Source: Albugo candida
Taxonomy: Eukaryota
Reading direction: 5' to 3'
Assembly (NCBI GenBank): GCA_040437565.1
Contig: JBDOQK010000050.1
Location: forward strand, 1-64,000
Length of the DNA stretch: 64,000 nt
Below the pieces are notes generated by a model, which ran no database searches, was not told the origin of the DNA, and was given only the letters and a program-made list of their open reading frames with translations. Made by a program: the position numbers and the translations under genes. Positions within the stretch are counted from its first letter, which is position 1, and each line of letters opens with the position of its first letter. This document shows, in pieces, positions 47,510-60,318 of the stretch.

Positions 47510-49817
47510 ATGTCTTCCGGTGCTGAATTTTCTGTCAATTCGGTTGGGTGGTTTATCTTGGAAGGATTTCCGTGGTGGCCAGTGTATCTTTGCGACGCCA
47601 AATCGCTACGGACAAAATTGTACTACTTAGGTCTCATTCTCCGCTCAGTCGCTGTGTCACTTTGAACGCTGTTCTAACACTGAGACTTTTAGGAGATGAG
47701 CACGCCAAAATTCTAAAGAAAGCTCGGGATTATAGCAATGATTATGTATTAGTGTATTTCTTTGGCTCTCACCAATTGTAAGATAGCATACGACACATAA
47801 TAACGCCAAACACTAATCCGAATGTCAGCTCTTTGGCTCGTACGCGGCGTGGCGTCTTAAAACCCTGGGGATGCTCAGATCAAAGTACGTTATGTAAAGG
47901 GCATCCAAAGCATTTGGCAAAACGTGGGAATCAAATTGAAGAGCTGAAAATGGCTATCATTGAAGTAGAGGTCGTATTCAGTCATATTGAAATGTCGGAT
48001 CTTTCGCTCATTTCGTTGGTCTTAGGATTTTCTATCACAACCGAAAGATTGCCGACTTCCTCCACATTTTGTACCGTCGGATCTGAATCTAGCACTGACA
48101 CCTCCACCGCCGAAGGGACCGAGTGAAGAAGATATGGACGATGATGAAGACGAAGAGATGTATGATGATGACAATGAGGAGCGCGATGATGAAACAGAGA
48201 AAGAAGACGAGGAGGAAGATGAGCCTGAAGATAAAGAGAAAACTCCGACGAAATTACGTGCTCAAAATGAGAAGGCTGAGAAAGATATTCATTCAAGTGG
48301 AAAACGTAAACGTAAGGCGAATGAGAAAGGCTCTAATTTTATGGAGAAGATCGAATTGAAAAAGCCAAAAGAAAGAAAAGAAACCAAAGGCCTGACTCGC
48401 GAGCAAACGGTAACAGAACCGATTGAAAAAGCCAGCTCTGACGTCGTTCCATCCGACGATCTGAAAAAGATGAAAGTGTCTGAAAAAAAAGTATCATGTC
48501 GACCGCCAGACTCGTCAAACGATGCGACAATGTTATCAGACAAAGTGCTGAGCGAGAAATTGGAGATCGAGATCCGCTGGATTCTAAACAATTGCGAATT
48601 TGAAGAGATGACGACTAAAACTGTTCGCCGACTGCTCCAACAGCGTCTCAATATGAATCTCCGATCTCACAAGGGAATTATCAAAGAAGTTGTGACTAAA
48701 GTGATAGCAGCGATGGAAGAAGAAGACGACGAAACAAACCCATCGACATTGCAACCCAACACCACTGATAGTAAATGCCAACCACAAGCCTCCATAGAGC
48801 CTCAATTGAAGCACCAATCAATTAATTCCGAAACAAAGCAAATCGATCAAACTGATGCAAAATCAACAAAATCGGAGCACTCTCCGAAAAAGGTGAAATT
48901 GATATCTGAGGCAGACTTATTGGAGGCAAAAGCCAAACTATCGGATCCGAATTTATCGCATGAACAGATTTTGGAGTGTTTGGAAGCTCTGACATCGGTA
49001 AAGTATCCCAATAGTAACACACTGTATCTGAAACTGATCAGTTATACGAAGATGCCATTGACTATTCAACTGTTAAAGAAAACAGGTATCTCAAGAAGTG
49101 TTTCCAGTCTTCGTCAGCACGCGTACGTTCTCCTGCAANNNNNNNNNNNNNNNNNNNNNNNNNNNNNNNNNNNNNNNNNNNNNNNNNNNNNNNNNNNNNN
49201 NNNNNNNNNNNNNNNNNNNNNNNNNNNNNNNNNNNNNNTTAAAGAAAACAGGTATCTCAAGAAGTGTTTCCAGTCTTCGTCAGCACGCGTACGTTCTCCT
49301 GCAATTATGTCGGTTGTTGTTAAGTTCATATTCTTATTCAGGAATGATAAAGTATCAGCTTCCGCGTCAGCACTTCGCACGCGGTGGATGAAACTACTAA
49401 AGGCAGATGATGAGCAGCAGAATGACCCAAAGATGAAGACGGCACAGTGTCATTCTAATCAATTGCCGCAAGAAGGGAGTCATAACTCACAATTGAGTAA
49501 GCTTATCGAAATGGTGGAAACTCTTCAAGATCAAGTAGAGTATAAGGATCAAGTGGCCACGAAACCAACACGAATTGTGCATGAGAAACAATTACGGGTT
49601 CTACATGATTTGTATCAAATGCGATTGAGTACGAAAGAGATTATTGAGTCGAAAGTGGGCATGGCTGTTTCGCGCTTGCGCAAATCAGGGTACGTATATG
49701 TACTTGTTGCATTCGACCACGTCTAAGACTTATCATACCGCAAATAGTAACGAAGCAATCGTTAAAGCCGCGTCCAAACTGCGTCGAAAATGGAAAACCG
49801 AAGCTGAAGCAGCATGA
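47510..49817 (+). CDS. PWWP + DEK_C + two TFIIS N-terminal (TND/Med26-like) domain chromatin protein, multi-exon
   Basis: Exon 1 GWFILEGFPWWPVYL, then VLVYFFGSHQF, an acidic tract, DEK_C (EIRWILNNCEFEEMTTKTVRRLLQQRLNMNL), TND1 (LTIQLLKKTGISRSVSSLRQH...ASALRTRW) and TND2 (IIESKVGMAVSRLRKS...AASKLRRKWK). Confidence 0.85.
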
Positions 49818-49906
49818 TCCGGAAATTATGTGGTGGATCCATTATATCTCATAACGCGGTTCCACCTAATTTTAGGATTATACATTGAGGGTCGACAGAG
49901 CGTATA

Positions 49907-51001
49907 ATGGCATCAACAACCTCTCCTTCGTTTGCTGCTTTTGTAGATGCATCTGTGAGTGTTTTTGATAAATAAAAAAAGTTATTGACACTTGTTCATC
50001 ACCGAATCCGCTGACTGTATTCTTGTTGTGCTTTATCGTCTCAGGCCGGAGCAATGGGCGCGCTTGTTGCTGCCATCCTTTTGTATCCACTCGATGTAGT
50101 TAAGACTCGTCACCAAGCTGAGAGAACGTACCCCGACTCGAAATCCGGAGCGATAGTCAGGAAAAATGGGATCAAGTCGATGCTGTATCGTATTTATAAG
50201 GAAGAGGGACCGAGCGGACTGTACGCCGGTCTGAATTCAAAAATTCTGCATACAATGATCTCCAATTTTGCATATTTCTACTGGTACTCCTTTCTGAAGC
50301 ATTTCACGCAAAAGCGATGGACGAAAGGAAAGCAGCTCACAACATCACTCAGTCTTCTTGTTGCAACGCTCGCAGGAGCCATTAATATGACAATGACACT
50401 CCCATTGGAAGTGATCAATACGCGAGCACAATTGAGCGCGAAGAATGAAACCAAATCCAAACCAAAGGGCGTCTTCGCACTTGGTAGTGATATATATCAC
50501 GAAGATGGATTGACGGCATTTTGGCGTGGGTATGTCCCGGCTTTGGTTCTGACAAGCAATCCGTCAATCAATTACACAATATTTGACACGTTGAAAGATA
50601 CGCTACAACGGTGGAAGCGTACAACTCTGACAAAACACTGTCAACGAGCGACATTTACAGCTTTGGAAGCATTTTTATTGGCAGCTATTGCGAAAGCAAT
50701 TGCAACCGTTGTAACATATCCAATCATTCGAGCAAAAGTATTGATGCAATCTGAGAAACACTTGAAGGATGAAAACACAACGCAAAAGAAACGGACAATG
50801 ATGCAAACGATGAAAAATATTCATGAAGAACAAGGTTTACGTGGATACTACAAAGGCTGCTTCGAACAATTGCTTAATACAGTTTTAAAAAGCGCATTTC
50901 TGATCATGACAAAGGAGCAAATTGCTCAAGTTACAATGCAACTTCTATACGCGATGCTCGGCCGTAAGAAAATTAGACAGAGCACGAAAGCGCTCAAATA
51001 A
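49907..51001 (+). CDS. Mitochondrial-carrier-family protein, peroxisomal adenine nucleotide/PMP34 type (intron 49955-50044)
   Basis: Three carrier repeats (YPLDVVKTR, LPLEVINTR, YPIIRAKV) and the peroxisomal-type motifs SNFAYFYWYS and LTSNPSINY. Spliced N-terminus MASTTSPSFAAFVDAS|AGAMG. Confidence 0.9.
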
Positions 51002-51147
51002 AGAAAACTTTTATAAGATTCCAATTTGCGTCCACCAATTCAGATACATTATAAAGAGTATTTATACGTATTTATGCTTTACAATGCTATAAATCTGACT
51101 GAGACGACTAGTATATATTTTTGACTTGAATTCCGCTGATAGACTGT

Positions 51148-52191
51148 TTACAGAAGACTGGAAGCTCGACGGTGCAGCAGAGATTGGCGGATACCTCGTC
51201 GTGTATTGCTATTGCTTTGTTGACGATGGATGATCATCCTCTCCGGGCTTGGCATTGGTAATGATTGCAAAGGGTTTGCGAAAATAAGATCAATATCGAT
51301 TTCCGGGCCAGAGCTCTTTCTATCGTACTGATTTGTATCGTTCTGTTTCGAGGTACGATTTTCTTGATAAATGACGTCAAATTCATGAGCAGAAAAGCTC
51401 GTTAGTGATTGTTGCCACGATGAGCTGAACAATTGATTTCGAGCTTCACGCTTGCGTGCTGGTGAAGGGGCGCATGAGGTAGTCGAAGAGCATGACGAAA
51501 GCCGTCTATGATGTGCAATGTCGATGGGTTCGCTACTGGCACTTTCAGTCAGCCTTTCATCCATTTGAGCATGCTCGCTAGCAAACAGAAAATCACGAAT
51601 CAATCGGACAGCTACACATCCACTGCCATCTTCGCCTGGACATTCGATAGTACCATCTCCTGTCTGACTCTGCTTGATCATATACCAACTCCAAGAAAAA
51701 GCACCTTCCTGCATCGAGTTACCCACAGTCACCAGACCTTGAGTGATCTCGATAAGATCCTGCAAATATTCATTAAGACGTCGCATTCGTTCAGCATCGA
51801 ATTTACGTTTAATTTTATTAAAATACTTCCATCCGAATGAAAATCGCTGAGGAAATGTAAAGTTTCGGTGGAATTGTGCTAACGCTTCACAATAAGGACA
51901 CGCTGTATTGCGTTTAGTAGTTTTTGATTTCGCGACAACAAACTGAATTTGCTCATAAAGCGCGCGAAACTCAGAGTATCGACGTGCGACAAACCAGTGA
52001 TTGATTTGACTGCCTCCATCGGTAGCATCCGTACTGAAATCCACAATTCGTCTGCTTTGCGTGACGCGAATCACATACAGAGTGGTTTTCTTATTCAGAT
52101 TTTCATCTTCAATGGTAGAAGAGCGTCCATACGAGACGATGCTTGCATGGATGGGGCGAAGATTACGAGCACATACTTGGAAATTGGCCAT
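51148..52191 (-). CDS. PX-domain-like protein
   Basis: TLYVIRV...WFVARRYSEFRALYEQI...FPQR...ERMRRLNEYLQDL...IRDFL; first in-frame ATG at 52191. Confidence 0.75.
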   Translation of the reverse strand: MANFQVCARNLRPIHASIVSYGRSSTIEDENLNKKTTLYVIRVTQSRRIVDFSTDATDGGSQINHWFVARRYSEFRALYEQIQFVVAKSKTTKRNTACPYCEALAQFHRNFTFPQRFSFGWKYFNKIKRKFDAERMRRLNEYLQDLIEITQGLVTVGNSMQEGAFSWSWYMIKQSQTGDGTIECPGEDGSGCVAVRLIRDFLFASEHAQMDERLTESASSEPIDIAHHRRLSSCSSTTSCAPSPARKREARNQLFSSSWQQSLTSFSAHEFDVIYQENRTSKQNDTNQYDRKSSGPEIDIDLIFANPLQSLPMPSPERMIIHRQQSNSNTRRGIRQSLLHRRASSLL

Positions 52192-52720
52192 CGCATGAGT
52201 TGATCTGTTAATAAATCGCGCGTTGGTTTTGATCCTGTCAAGAATATCAGGAATATTGAGAATTGAGAACTCCCACTTGTCGCAATTATTATCCAACACT
52301 TTGGCTGTAGAGACATTTGAGAATGGATCGGATAGTAACTCACTTTATTTTGTGCTTTACGAGTCTGATTGGTTGTATATAGACAAATTAATATAATGGA
52401 ACAAATGACGTTAGTAGGGGAAGGGACTGGATTCAGAAGCGGGTAGGGAAAAAGTCGCAAAGGAGCGCTTGATTTCTGGCGCTAGTCAACGTGGGAGCTC
52501 GCCTAGCTTAAGGATTTTGTTCGAATTGGAATGAGAAGAATGCGTGCGGTGTTTCGTAGGTAGTCTTTTTTGTTAGCAGTAAAATCGTACAGCACCATTT
52601 GAGTCCTGTAATAAGGCTGTTTAGTGTAATAGAGAGGTCACTTCTGAACCACTCGTCTCACATTAGCCAATAAAACTCGGTCGATTTTGACCAAAATAGA
52701 GAGATCTTCAGAGGCAAAAC

Positions 52721-53896
52721 ATGTCTTCGGAAGATGAACGATCGGTAAGCAGCGATGAAGAAAATGCAAAAAACGAACAGCCTTCTGATCCTATTGAAGA
52801 TTGTAGTAATTCAGACGTAGTTACAAAGTATCGTCTGGCTGCTGAAATTGTACAAACCGCATTGAAGGGAGTGTTGGTCCAATTAACCGCGGGAAAAAAT
52901 GTGGTTGAACTTTGCAAATTTGGTGATATGATCATCGAACAGCGTTGTGCGACAATCTTCAAAAGCAAGAAAATAGAAAAGGGGGTTGCGTTTCCAACAA
53001 GCATTGCTGTGAATGAAACAGTGTGTCACTACTCACCACTTCCAAGTGAATCGATCCAAGTGAAAGCTGGCGATTGGGTCAAAATAGATATGGGATGTCA
53101 TATCGATGGATACATTGCATTGGTCGCACAAACTGTAATTGTACCCGAAGAAGGGAATGCTTCTGAAAAGCCGATACCATCGCTGCAGGGTCCAGAGGCC
53201 GATGTTATAAAATGTGCTCATGATGCTTTGGAGTTGTGTGTCCGACTGATCAAACCTGGTAATACGAATCATCAAGTGACCGAAGCGCTTTCCAAGCTAG
53301 AAGAAGCGTACGGTGTTAAAGCATTACAAGGTAGTCTCATGCATCAACAAAAGCGATTTGTGATCGATGGTACGAAAACTATCGCGCAGAAAATGGACGC
53401 TGAGTCAAGCGTCCCCAAGATTACATTTGAGCCTAACGAAGCGTACACAGTTGATATCTTTTACACGACTGGAAATGAGAAACCTGTGTCCAGTGAGTGT
53501 CGAACAACAATATTCAAACGCCAAGTAGACCGGACGTATCGATTAAAAATGAAGGCGTCTCGCTATGTATTCAGTGAAATCAGCAGCAAACATTCTGTTC
53601 TTCCGTTCACGATTCGTTCATTCGCGGATGAAACACAAGCACGTTTGGGTGTTGTGGAGTGTGTCAAACACGAACTGGTGACTCCATTCCCGATATTGGA
53701 AGGTCGTATTGGCGATAAAATCGCGCATTTCAAAGTAACTGTTCTTCTATTAGCCAATGGGACAGTCAAAATAACGGGATTGCCTTTGCCTTTGGATCAG
53801 ATTCATTCTGATAAGAAGTTAGATGGGGAAACATCAGCGCTTCTAGCTTCTTCGATCAAGAAAAAGAGCAAAAAGAAGAAAAAGGCAGCTGCATAG
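52721..53896 (+). CDS. PA2G4: Proliferation-associated protein 2G4 / EBP1 (M24 fold, non-catalytic)
   Basis: DVVTKYRLAAEI, KGVAFPTSI, KIDMGCHIDGYIA, YRLKMKASR, ARLGVVECVKHEL and a Lys-rich tail. Confidence 0.96.
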   Translation: MSSEDERSVSSDEENAKNEQPSDPIEDCSNSDVVTKYRLAAEIVQTALKGVLVQLTAGKNVVELCKFGDMIIEQRCATIFKSKKIEKGVAFPTSIAVNETVCHYSPLPSESIQVKAGDWVKIDMGCHIDGYIALVAQTVIVPEEGNASEKPIPSLQGPEADVIKCAHDALELCVRLIKPGNTNHQVTEALSKLEEAYGVKALQGSLMHQQKRFVIDGTKTIAQKMDAESSVPKITFEPNEAYTVDIFYTTGNEKPVSSECRTTIFKRQVDRTYRLKMKASRYVFSEISSKHSVLPFTIRSFADETQARLGVVECVKHELVTPFPILEGRIGDKIAHFKVTVLLLANGTVKITGLPLPLDQIHSDKKLDGETSALLASSIKKKSKKKKKAAA

Positions 53897-54039
53897 TTGG
53901 ATACAATACCGTTCCCGCCATTGGAGTTGCTAAAGTAAACGTGTTGAGCTTGAGATCGCTTGTACAAGACGCTTCACGCGTAGTCGATGCAGATCATTCT
54001 AGTAATGCCTATGAAGAATAATCACGTTTCAATAATCAG

Positions 54040-57000
54040 TCATTCTCTTTTTTGACGCGTAATTGCGGATGTTGTATCTGTCTTTCGCACTTGAATGAGT
54101 TGTTGAGCTTTATTGTGCATCGCCTGTAATCGAGTACGAGTCAATTGCTACTGAGAGTTAGTGGACCACCGACCTTGTGGTGTGACACGCAAATGACTTG
54201 AATGCTGCGAAAGTTGGAAGCCGCGAGCGCTGCAACATTTTCCTGTGGAAGGATCGCCGTCACACCGACGATACAATGGCTATGGTGTGTGAATCACCTG
54301 ATTCTGCTCATCCAAAGCCGCGTCAATTTCGTCCAATATGCACAGAGGAATCGCACTACAGCTCGCTAATGCAAAGATGTACGACATTCCTTGGACAAGA
54401 AATCATTAGATTGTCATGCATCGATGTAAGCTTCCTTACCGAGTAAAGCCAGTTGGCCACCGGATAATGTGTTTGTGGCTTTAATCAGACTGTGTGATCG
54501 GTCTTGGACTTTAAATTCAACGCCAAACTTGAAAAGGATTCTTAGTGTCTCATGTGTATCCATCCAATCTTCTACGGATACCTCGACTTTTTCATCGCTC
54601 AGTTCCAAGAATGCTCGTTTGGATGGGATTGCTTGCTCGAAGATGTGCTGAAATCGATTTGCGATTGACTTGAATGCAAGTTGATTTACCCATGTGGTCT
54701 GCTCGTCTGTTGTTCGGATGCCGTCTTCCAGATTGGTCACCGCGATCGCAACTTTTGCTGCCTGTGTCTGAAACTCTGATAGAGCCTTTTGCTTCTGCAT
54801 GAACGACCCATTCGACACAATCGGAGAGTCGCAAAGTCTCTCGAGAAGAGCTCTTTGCTCCACACGTAATGACGAAAGTATCTCCTGATTTTCTTCAATG
54901 TCCTTGCAAATTGTATCTTNNNNNNNNNNNNNNNNNNNNNNNNNNNNNNNNNNNNNNNNNNNNNNNNNNNNNNNNNNNNNNNNNNNNNNNNNNNNNNNNN
55001 NNNNNNNNNNNNNNNNNNNTGGTCAGACTGTGTGATCGGTCTTGGACTTTAAATTCAACGCCAGACTTGGAAAAGGTTTCTTAGTGTCTCACGTGTATCC
55101 ATCCAATTTTTACGGATACCTCGACTTTTTCATCGCTCAGTTCCAAGAATGCTCGTTTGGATGGGATTGCTTGCTCGAAGATGTGCTGGAATCGATTTGC
55201 GATTGACTTGAATGCAAGTTGATTGACCCATGTGGTCTGCTCATCTGTTGTTCGGATGCCGTCTTCCAGATTGGTCACTGCGGTCGCAACTTTTGCTGCT
55301 TGTGTCTGGAACTCTGATAAAGCCTTTTGCTTCTGCATGAACGACCCATTCGACACAATCGGAGAGTCGCAAAGTCTCTCGAGAAGAGCTTTTTGCTCCA
55401 CACGTAATGACGAAAGTATCTCCTGATTTTCTTCAATGTCCTTGCAAATTGTATCTTCATCACGACGGTCCAAACTTTCGATTTCATCAGAAGTGACTAT
55501 ATCCGATCTGGTTCGAATCCTATTCATGAGCTGTGATGTCTCACGTTCCAAGACTTTGAGACTTTGGTCCAAAGCCAAATATTTGGAGTGTGCGTATTTG
55601 TACTGTTGTTGGTTTTCTTGTACTCGAGATTGCAACAGCTTCCGCCTCATAAGGCTGTTTTGATACGCGTGCCAATTTGTCGCTGCTGATGTCTTGGCCA
55701 CTTCAAAATATTCCAATTCGTTCTCAAGTTTTGATAGCTGCTCATGCAAGCTCTGAAGTTGCTCTTTTTCTTCCTGAACAGTTTGCCTCATAAATGATAA
55801 TGTATCGTCATTAAGAGCTTTCTTCGCCTACAATATTTGCGAATTGGTAATATGAGTATTGTGGATGTAGAGTGCNNNNNNNNNNNNNNNNNNNNNNNNN
55901 NNNNNNNNNNNNNNNNNNNNNNNNNNNNNNNNNNNNNNNNNNNNNNNNNNNNNNNNNNNNNNNNNNNNNNNNNNNTTTGCTCCACACGTAATGACGAAAG
56001 TATCTCCTGATTTTCTTCAATGTCCTTGCAAATTGTATCTTCATCACGACGGTCCAAACTTTCGATTTCATCAGAAGTGACTATATCCGATCTGGTTCGA
56101 ATCCTATTCATGAGCTGTGATGTCTCACGTTCCAAGACTTTGAGACTTTGGTCCAAAGCCAAATATTTGGAGTGTGCGTATTTGTACTGTTGTTGGTTTT
56201 CTTGTACTCGAGATTGCAACAGCTTCCGCCTCATAAGGCTGTTTTGATACGCGTGCCAATTTGTCGCTGCTGATGTCTTGGCCACTTCAAAATATTCCAA
56301 TTCGTTCTCAAGTTTTGATAGCTGCTCATGCAAGCTCTGAAGTTGCTCTTTTTCTTCCTGAACAGTTTGCCTCATAAATGATAATGTATCGTCATTAAGA
56401 GCTTTCTTCGCCTACAATATTTGCGAATTGGTAATATGAGTATTGTGGATGTAGAGTGCGTTATTCTTCACCTTGGCTTCTCTTAACTTCTCACTGACGC
56501 GCTTCAAATCAGATCGAAATAATTCCTGCTCTCTATCACATTCAAATAGACGTACTCGATGCCATCAATTCGTTTGGGCTTTGGGTTGAAATACCTCGAC
56601 AGCCTTCTTAACGCCTCCTCAGAATTTCCGTTAATGCACGCAACGCGATATTCTTGCAGATACTCGCTCAGTTTTGTGGAAACAACGCTATTGTCCTCTT
56701 GAGTATCATTATTGGATCCAGCTTGAAAAAGCAATGAGTTCTTTTGCATCTCGATATCCTCGAGTTCGTGTTCCTTTTGCTGAATCAGTAGAATTGTTGC
56801 CTCCTTCTGCTCTCTAGTGTTTGTGTGAGGCAATAAGGTAGAGGAAGTGATACCAGGACATGCCTCAAAGTCGCTTGTCGATGCAAAATTTGCTTTCTTT
56901 GGCAGGCAGCATCTAGTGATGAGGCAATGGAATCCTTCCGTGCCTGAAAAACACAACTATGCAAATGCATAAGTCGAAATGACAGCGTTATGAAAACGTA

Positions 57001-60000
57001 AGAAGGCACCAATTCTTCCGAATAGAGTCGTATTTCAAAAATCGCCGATACAGATTGTATTCTTTGCTTCCTCCAGATACGATCTATCGACATATCGCGT
57101 TAGGTTCCTTCCGAATGAATCTTTACGTACTCCGAAACTGTGCTGATTTCGAGACCATGTAACTGACGGGATGCCGTAACGTGAGAGCACTGCTTTACCA
57201 ATGGAGTCGTTCTTCACTAAAAGCCAATCCCCTAAAGCTACGACAAGGACACAGACATTGACGCTCGTCCAAGGTCATGACGGCTGCAACACTGACCTTT
57301 TTCTATCAATTGCTGAATCCTTTCAGACACTCCGTGTACGCATGGATCGATTTTAATGAGAATTCTTGGATCAACAACGTTCTCACTTCCAAACTCGGAC
57401 ATTATTCGAGGTAGTGCGCGGTCAGTATTTCTTGGCTTCAATCGAATTCGCTCTATTGGCCTGTGCAGACCTCACGATCGATGTACGAGGATATCGCGTC
57501 AATAAGGTCGTACCAAATTAGGAATTGCTTGCAATTGCTATTTTCTTGCACAATACGACGGGCAACAAGCTCATTCAGACACATGCGAACCATTAGATAT
57601 TTCTCTAGTATGACACCAAGAGCCAAAATCCAATGGGACGCATTTGGTCCNNNNNNNNNNNNNNNNNNNNNNNNNNNNNNNNNNNNNNNNNNNNNNNNNN
57701 NNNNNNNNNNNNNNNNNNNNNNNNNNNNNNNNNNNNNNNNNNNNNNNNNNTTAGGAATTGCTTGCAATTGCTATTTTCTTGCACAATACGACGGGCAACA
57801 AGCTCATTCAGACACATGCGAACCATTAGATATTTCTCTAGTATGACACCAAGAGCCAAAATCCAATGGGACGCATTTGGTCCCAACGTATCAGCGTCAA
57901 TGTGAATCCAATCCATCAGCATAGCAAAGTCACCTAGCAGATGTCAAAAAACGAATCTTGCTCGCTAAATCTCTCTTATAGGACGCACGACCACGTACCC
58001 TCGCCTTGTTTTGGGGGAAATAAAGATGGTAATTTGGCTCGTGCAGAACGTTGTTTTGGTGTCATAATTCGCAATTCACCATCTATTTCTCTCAAATCTC
58101 TGGCAAAACGTTCTTCCTCTTCTTTGGTGATCTCTTGACCTATATTCCTTTTGGCGATCGATAAGCTTGCGAGATCTGATTCGATCTCATGAAGCCGTGA
58201 TCGATATTCGTTAGATTGTTTTTCCAACCGGTGTGCATTTTTTCTCTATAGAGAAGATCAATTTGGTCCTTGAGAATGAAGCTGCCACGTACGCATTCAT
58301 CAATGATCGCATTCAGAGTTGAAGCTTCTTGGTCGAAGGTATGTTTGTCTTCCTACTCAAGTAACTATCTCGTTGTCGTTCAGAATCGATTGTTGGCACA
58401 TGTACCTTTGCGATGACTTGCTCGAATTTGCTGATGATTTTTGACGTTCCAGCTCCTTTGTTCGATGTATATATTTCTATAAACTTGTTCAGCGCTTTCA
58501 GTTGAGTGACCTTGGATGCTACTGCCTTTGATCCCATTAGGAGACACTTGATTAGCAACCAAGATATGTTCACTTTACTTTTTTCAGCCCACACACTTGG
58601 AAATCAATGTTAGCATTCTCATCACAAAGCTTATTGATCTCGACCACCGCTTGCTGTTCATTGCCTTGTACACAAAGCTTTTTTTTTATTGCTTGATGTC
58701 GTTTGGTAGTGAGATCTGCAATCGTTGCCTCGATTTTAAGCAAGTCTTCTTCGCTGATATCTGATTTTGTTTTTTCTCCTTCTGTAATGTCAAGATGCTC
58801 TGCATCGGCTTGGATATCTATCTTGAGCATGGATAAAGCATTTTCCCGTTCGTTTTTCTCCACAACTAAGCGGTCTTTCCTATGTTTATGGCGCCCAAGC
58901 TCTGATGCATAATGAGGACTATGAGTCAAGACTGTAATGCCATCTAGTTATTATACCACAATACGATTTCACTTGCTGTAATCGTGTATTTCTTCTCTCT
59001 GCTTCTCCAATAGCATTCGTAATCTACCATAATGGATTCATTAAAGACTCGGGGATACAAATGTTTCCTTGTGAGTCAAAGAAACCTCTTCGACTGCAAT
59101 TTTGTCATCCAAAATTGATCTCTCATTCTGTATCTCCTCTTTCTGATGGATTTCGTGACTACAAACCTTCTTCCGATCAGTATCCATACTTACCAAACGT
59201 TCCACATTCTGTCCGATCTTGGTAGCAGCGTGTCTGAACTCTTCCAGCGATTGATATGCATTCTTTCTGAATTCCAAAAATATCTTTGTCCCGCTAGCCT
59301 ATCCTTTTTATCTCAATTACCAATTGATTGCAGTACCATTCGCGTACCTCACAGACGTAGCTGGCTAGTTCGATAGCGTTCTTTCTCACTATCTGATGTA
59401 TCAGGTTCTGTTGTATTAACCTGAGACATCAACAGATTCTTGTTTACTGCTTTGCTTTGATAAATTGCCGAAAACAGCCAATTAACCAGGGTGATGCATC
59501 CACGCTCAGTCCACAGGAGATCCATAGCTGATACTTCATGTCTAGCGTATTTCAATAAGTTTACGCCACTCGAATAAGACATTCTTTACGTTTGATAGTG
59601 ACCGTTTTCTTATTGAGTCTGAATTTCCGATGGCCAGTATCGCCGCAAATCGAAGCAGTGAGCTCCAAATTCGAATTTTCTACAATGCGAATTCTGTATG
59701 GCTAAGCTCAGGCTCTGATGTAGCTTTACCTTTTGTTTTCAAAAATATCGTCACAACAGCTGTATTGCCTTCACTCCTCGCAGAGTGTTTTTGCTTAGAA
59801 ACCAAATCTTTCATCGATTTTACGCGTAATTTTGCCTCTCGACTCTCTCCAAATGCAAAGCAAATCGCGTCTAATGTGTGAGTGTTTCATACTTCAGAAA
59901 TCGTGCGACCTGACCATCATTACCCAGAATATTGGATTTTCCTATAAAGGAGAGAAGGAAGAATCTGAATGCTTTGAGGATGATGTAATACAAACCAGAG

Positions 60001-60098
60001 CCATTGGGACCGGTGATGCAATTAAACTGAGAATGAAAAGATATCTCATGGACGCCACAGAAGGATTTGAAGTTCGTGACAATCATTCTCTGGATCAT
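54040..60098 (-). CDS. SMC-family ATPase, divergent, intron-rich, broken by three gaps with overlaps
   Basis: N-head NFKSF...FNCITGPNGSG|KSNI|LDAICFAFG, coiled coils, a hinge-like block at about 57130-57900, and C-head LSGGQ, ILDEIDAALDEQN and QVICVSHH. Confidence 0.88.
54482..56459. repeat. Two gap-flanking duplications inside the SMC gene (54482-54919 vs 55020-55457; 55392-55875 = 55976-56459)
   Basis: The first pair differs at about 17 positions; the second pair appears identical. Confidence 0.9.
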
Positions 60099-60318
60099 CT
60101 TGCGCTTTTGATTCTTCGTCAACTTCAACAAGCGCAATTTTTTATAATTACCAGGTTTTTGCTAGTTCAACTTCAATTCAACTGCAAAGTAAATAAAGCT
60201 TAAGAAGGCAAGTCGTAGCGGTGGAAAGGAGACATTGGATTTCCATTATATCATGACCATAAATTGATTTGAGAGCAGTGGAGAAGGACAGAATGAGCAG
60301 CGGACTAAACTTTTTACA

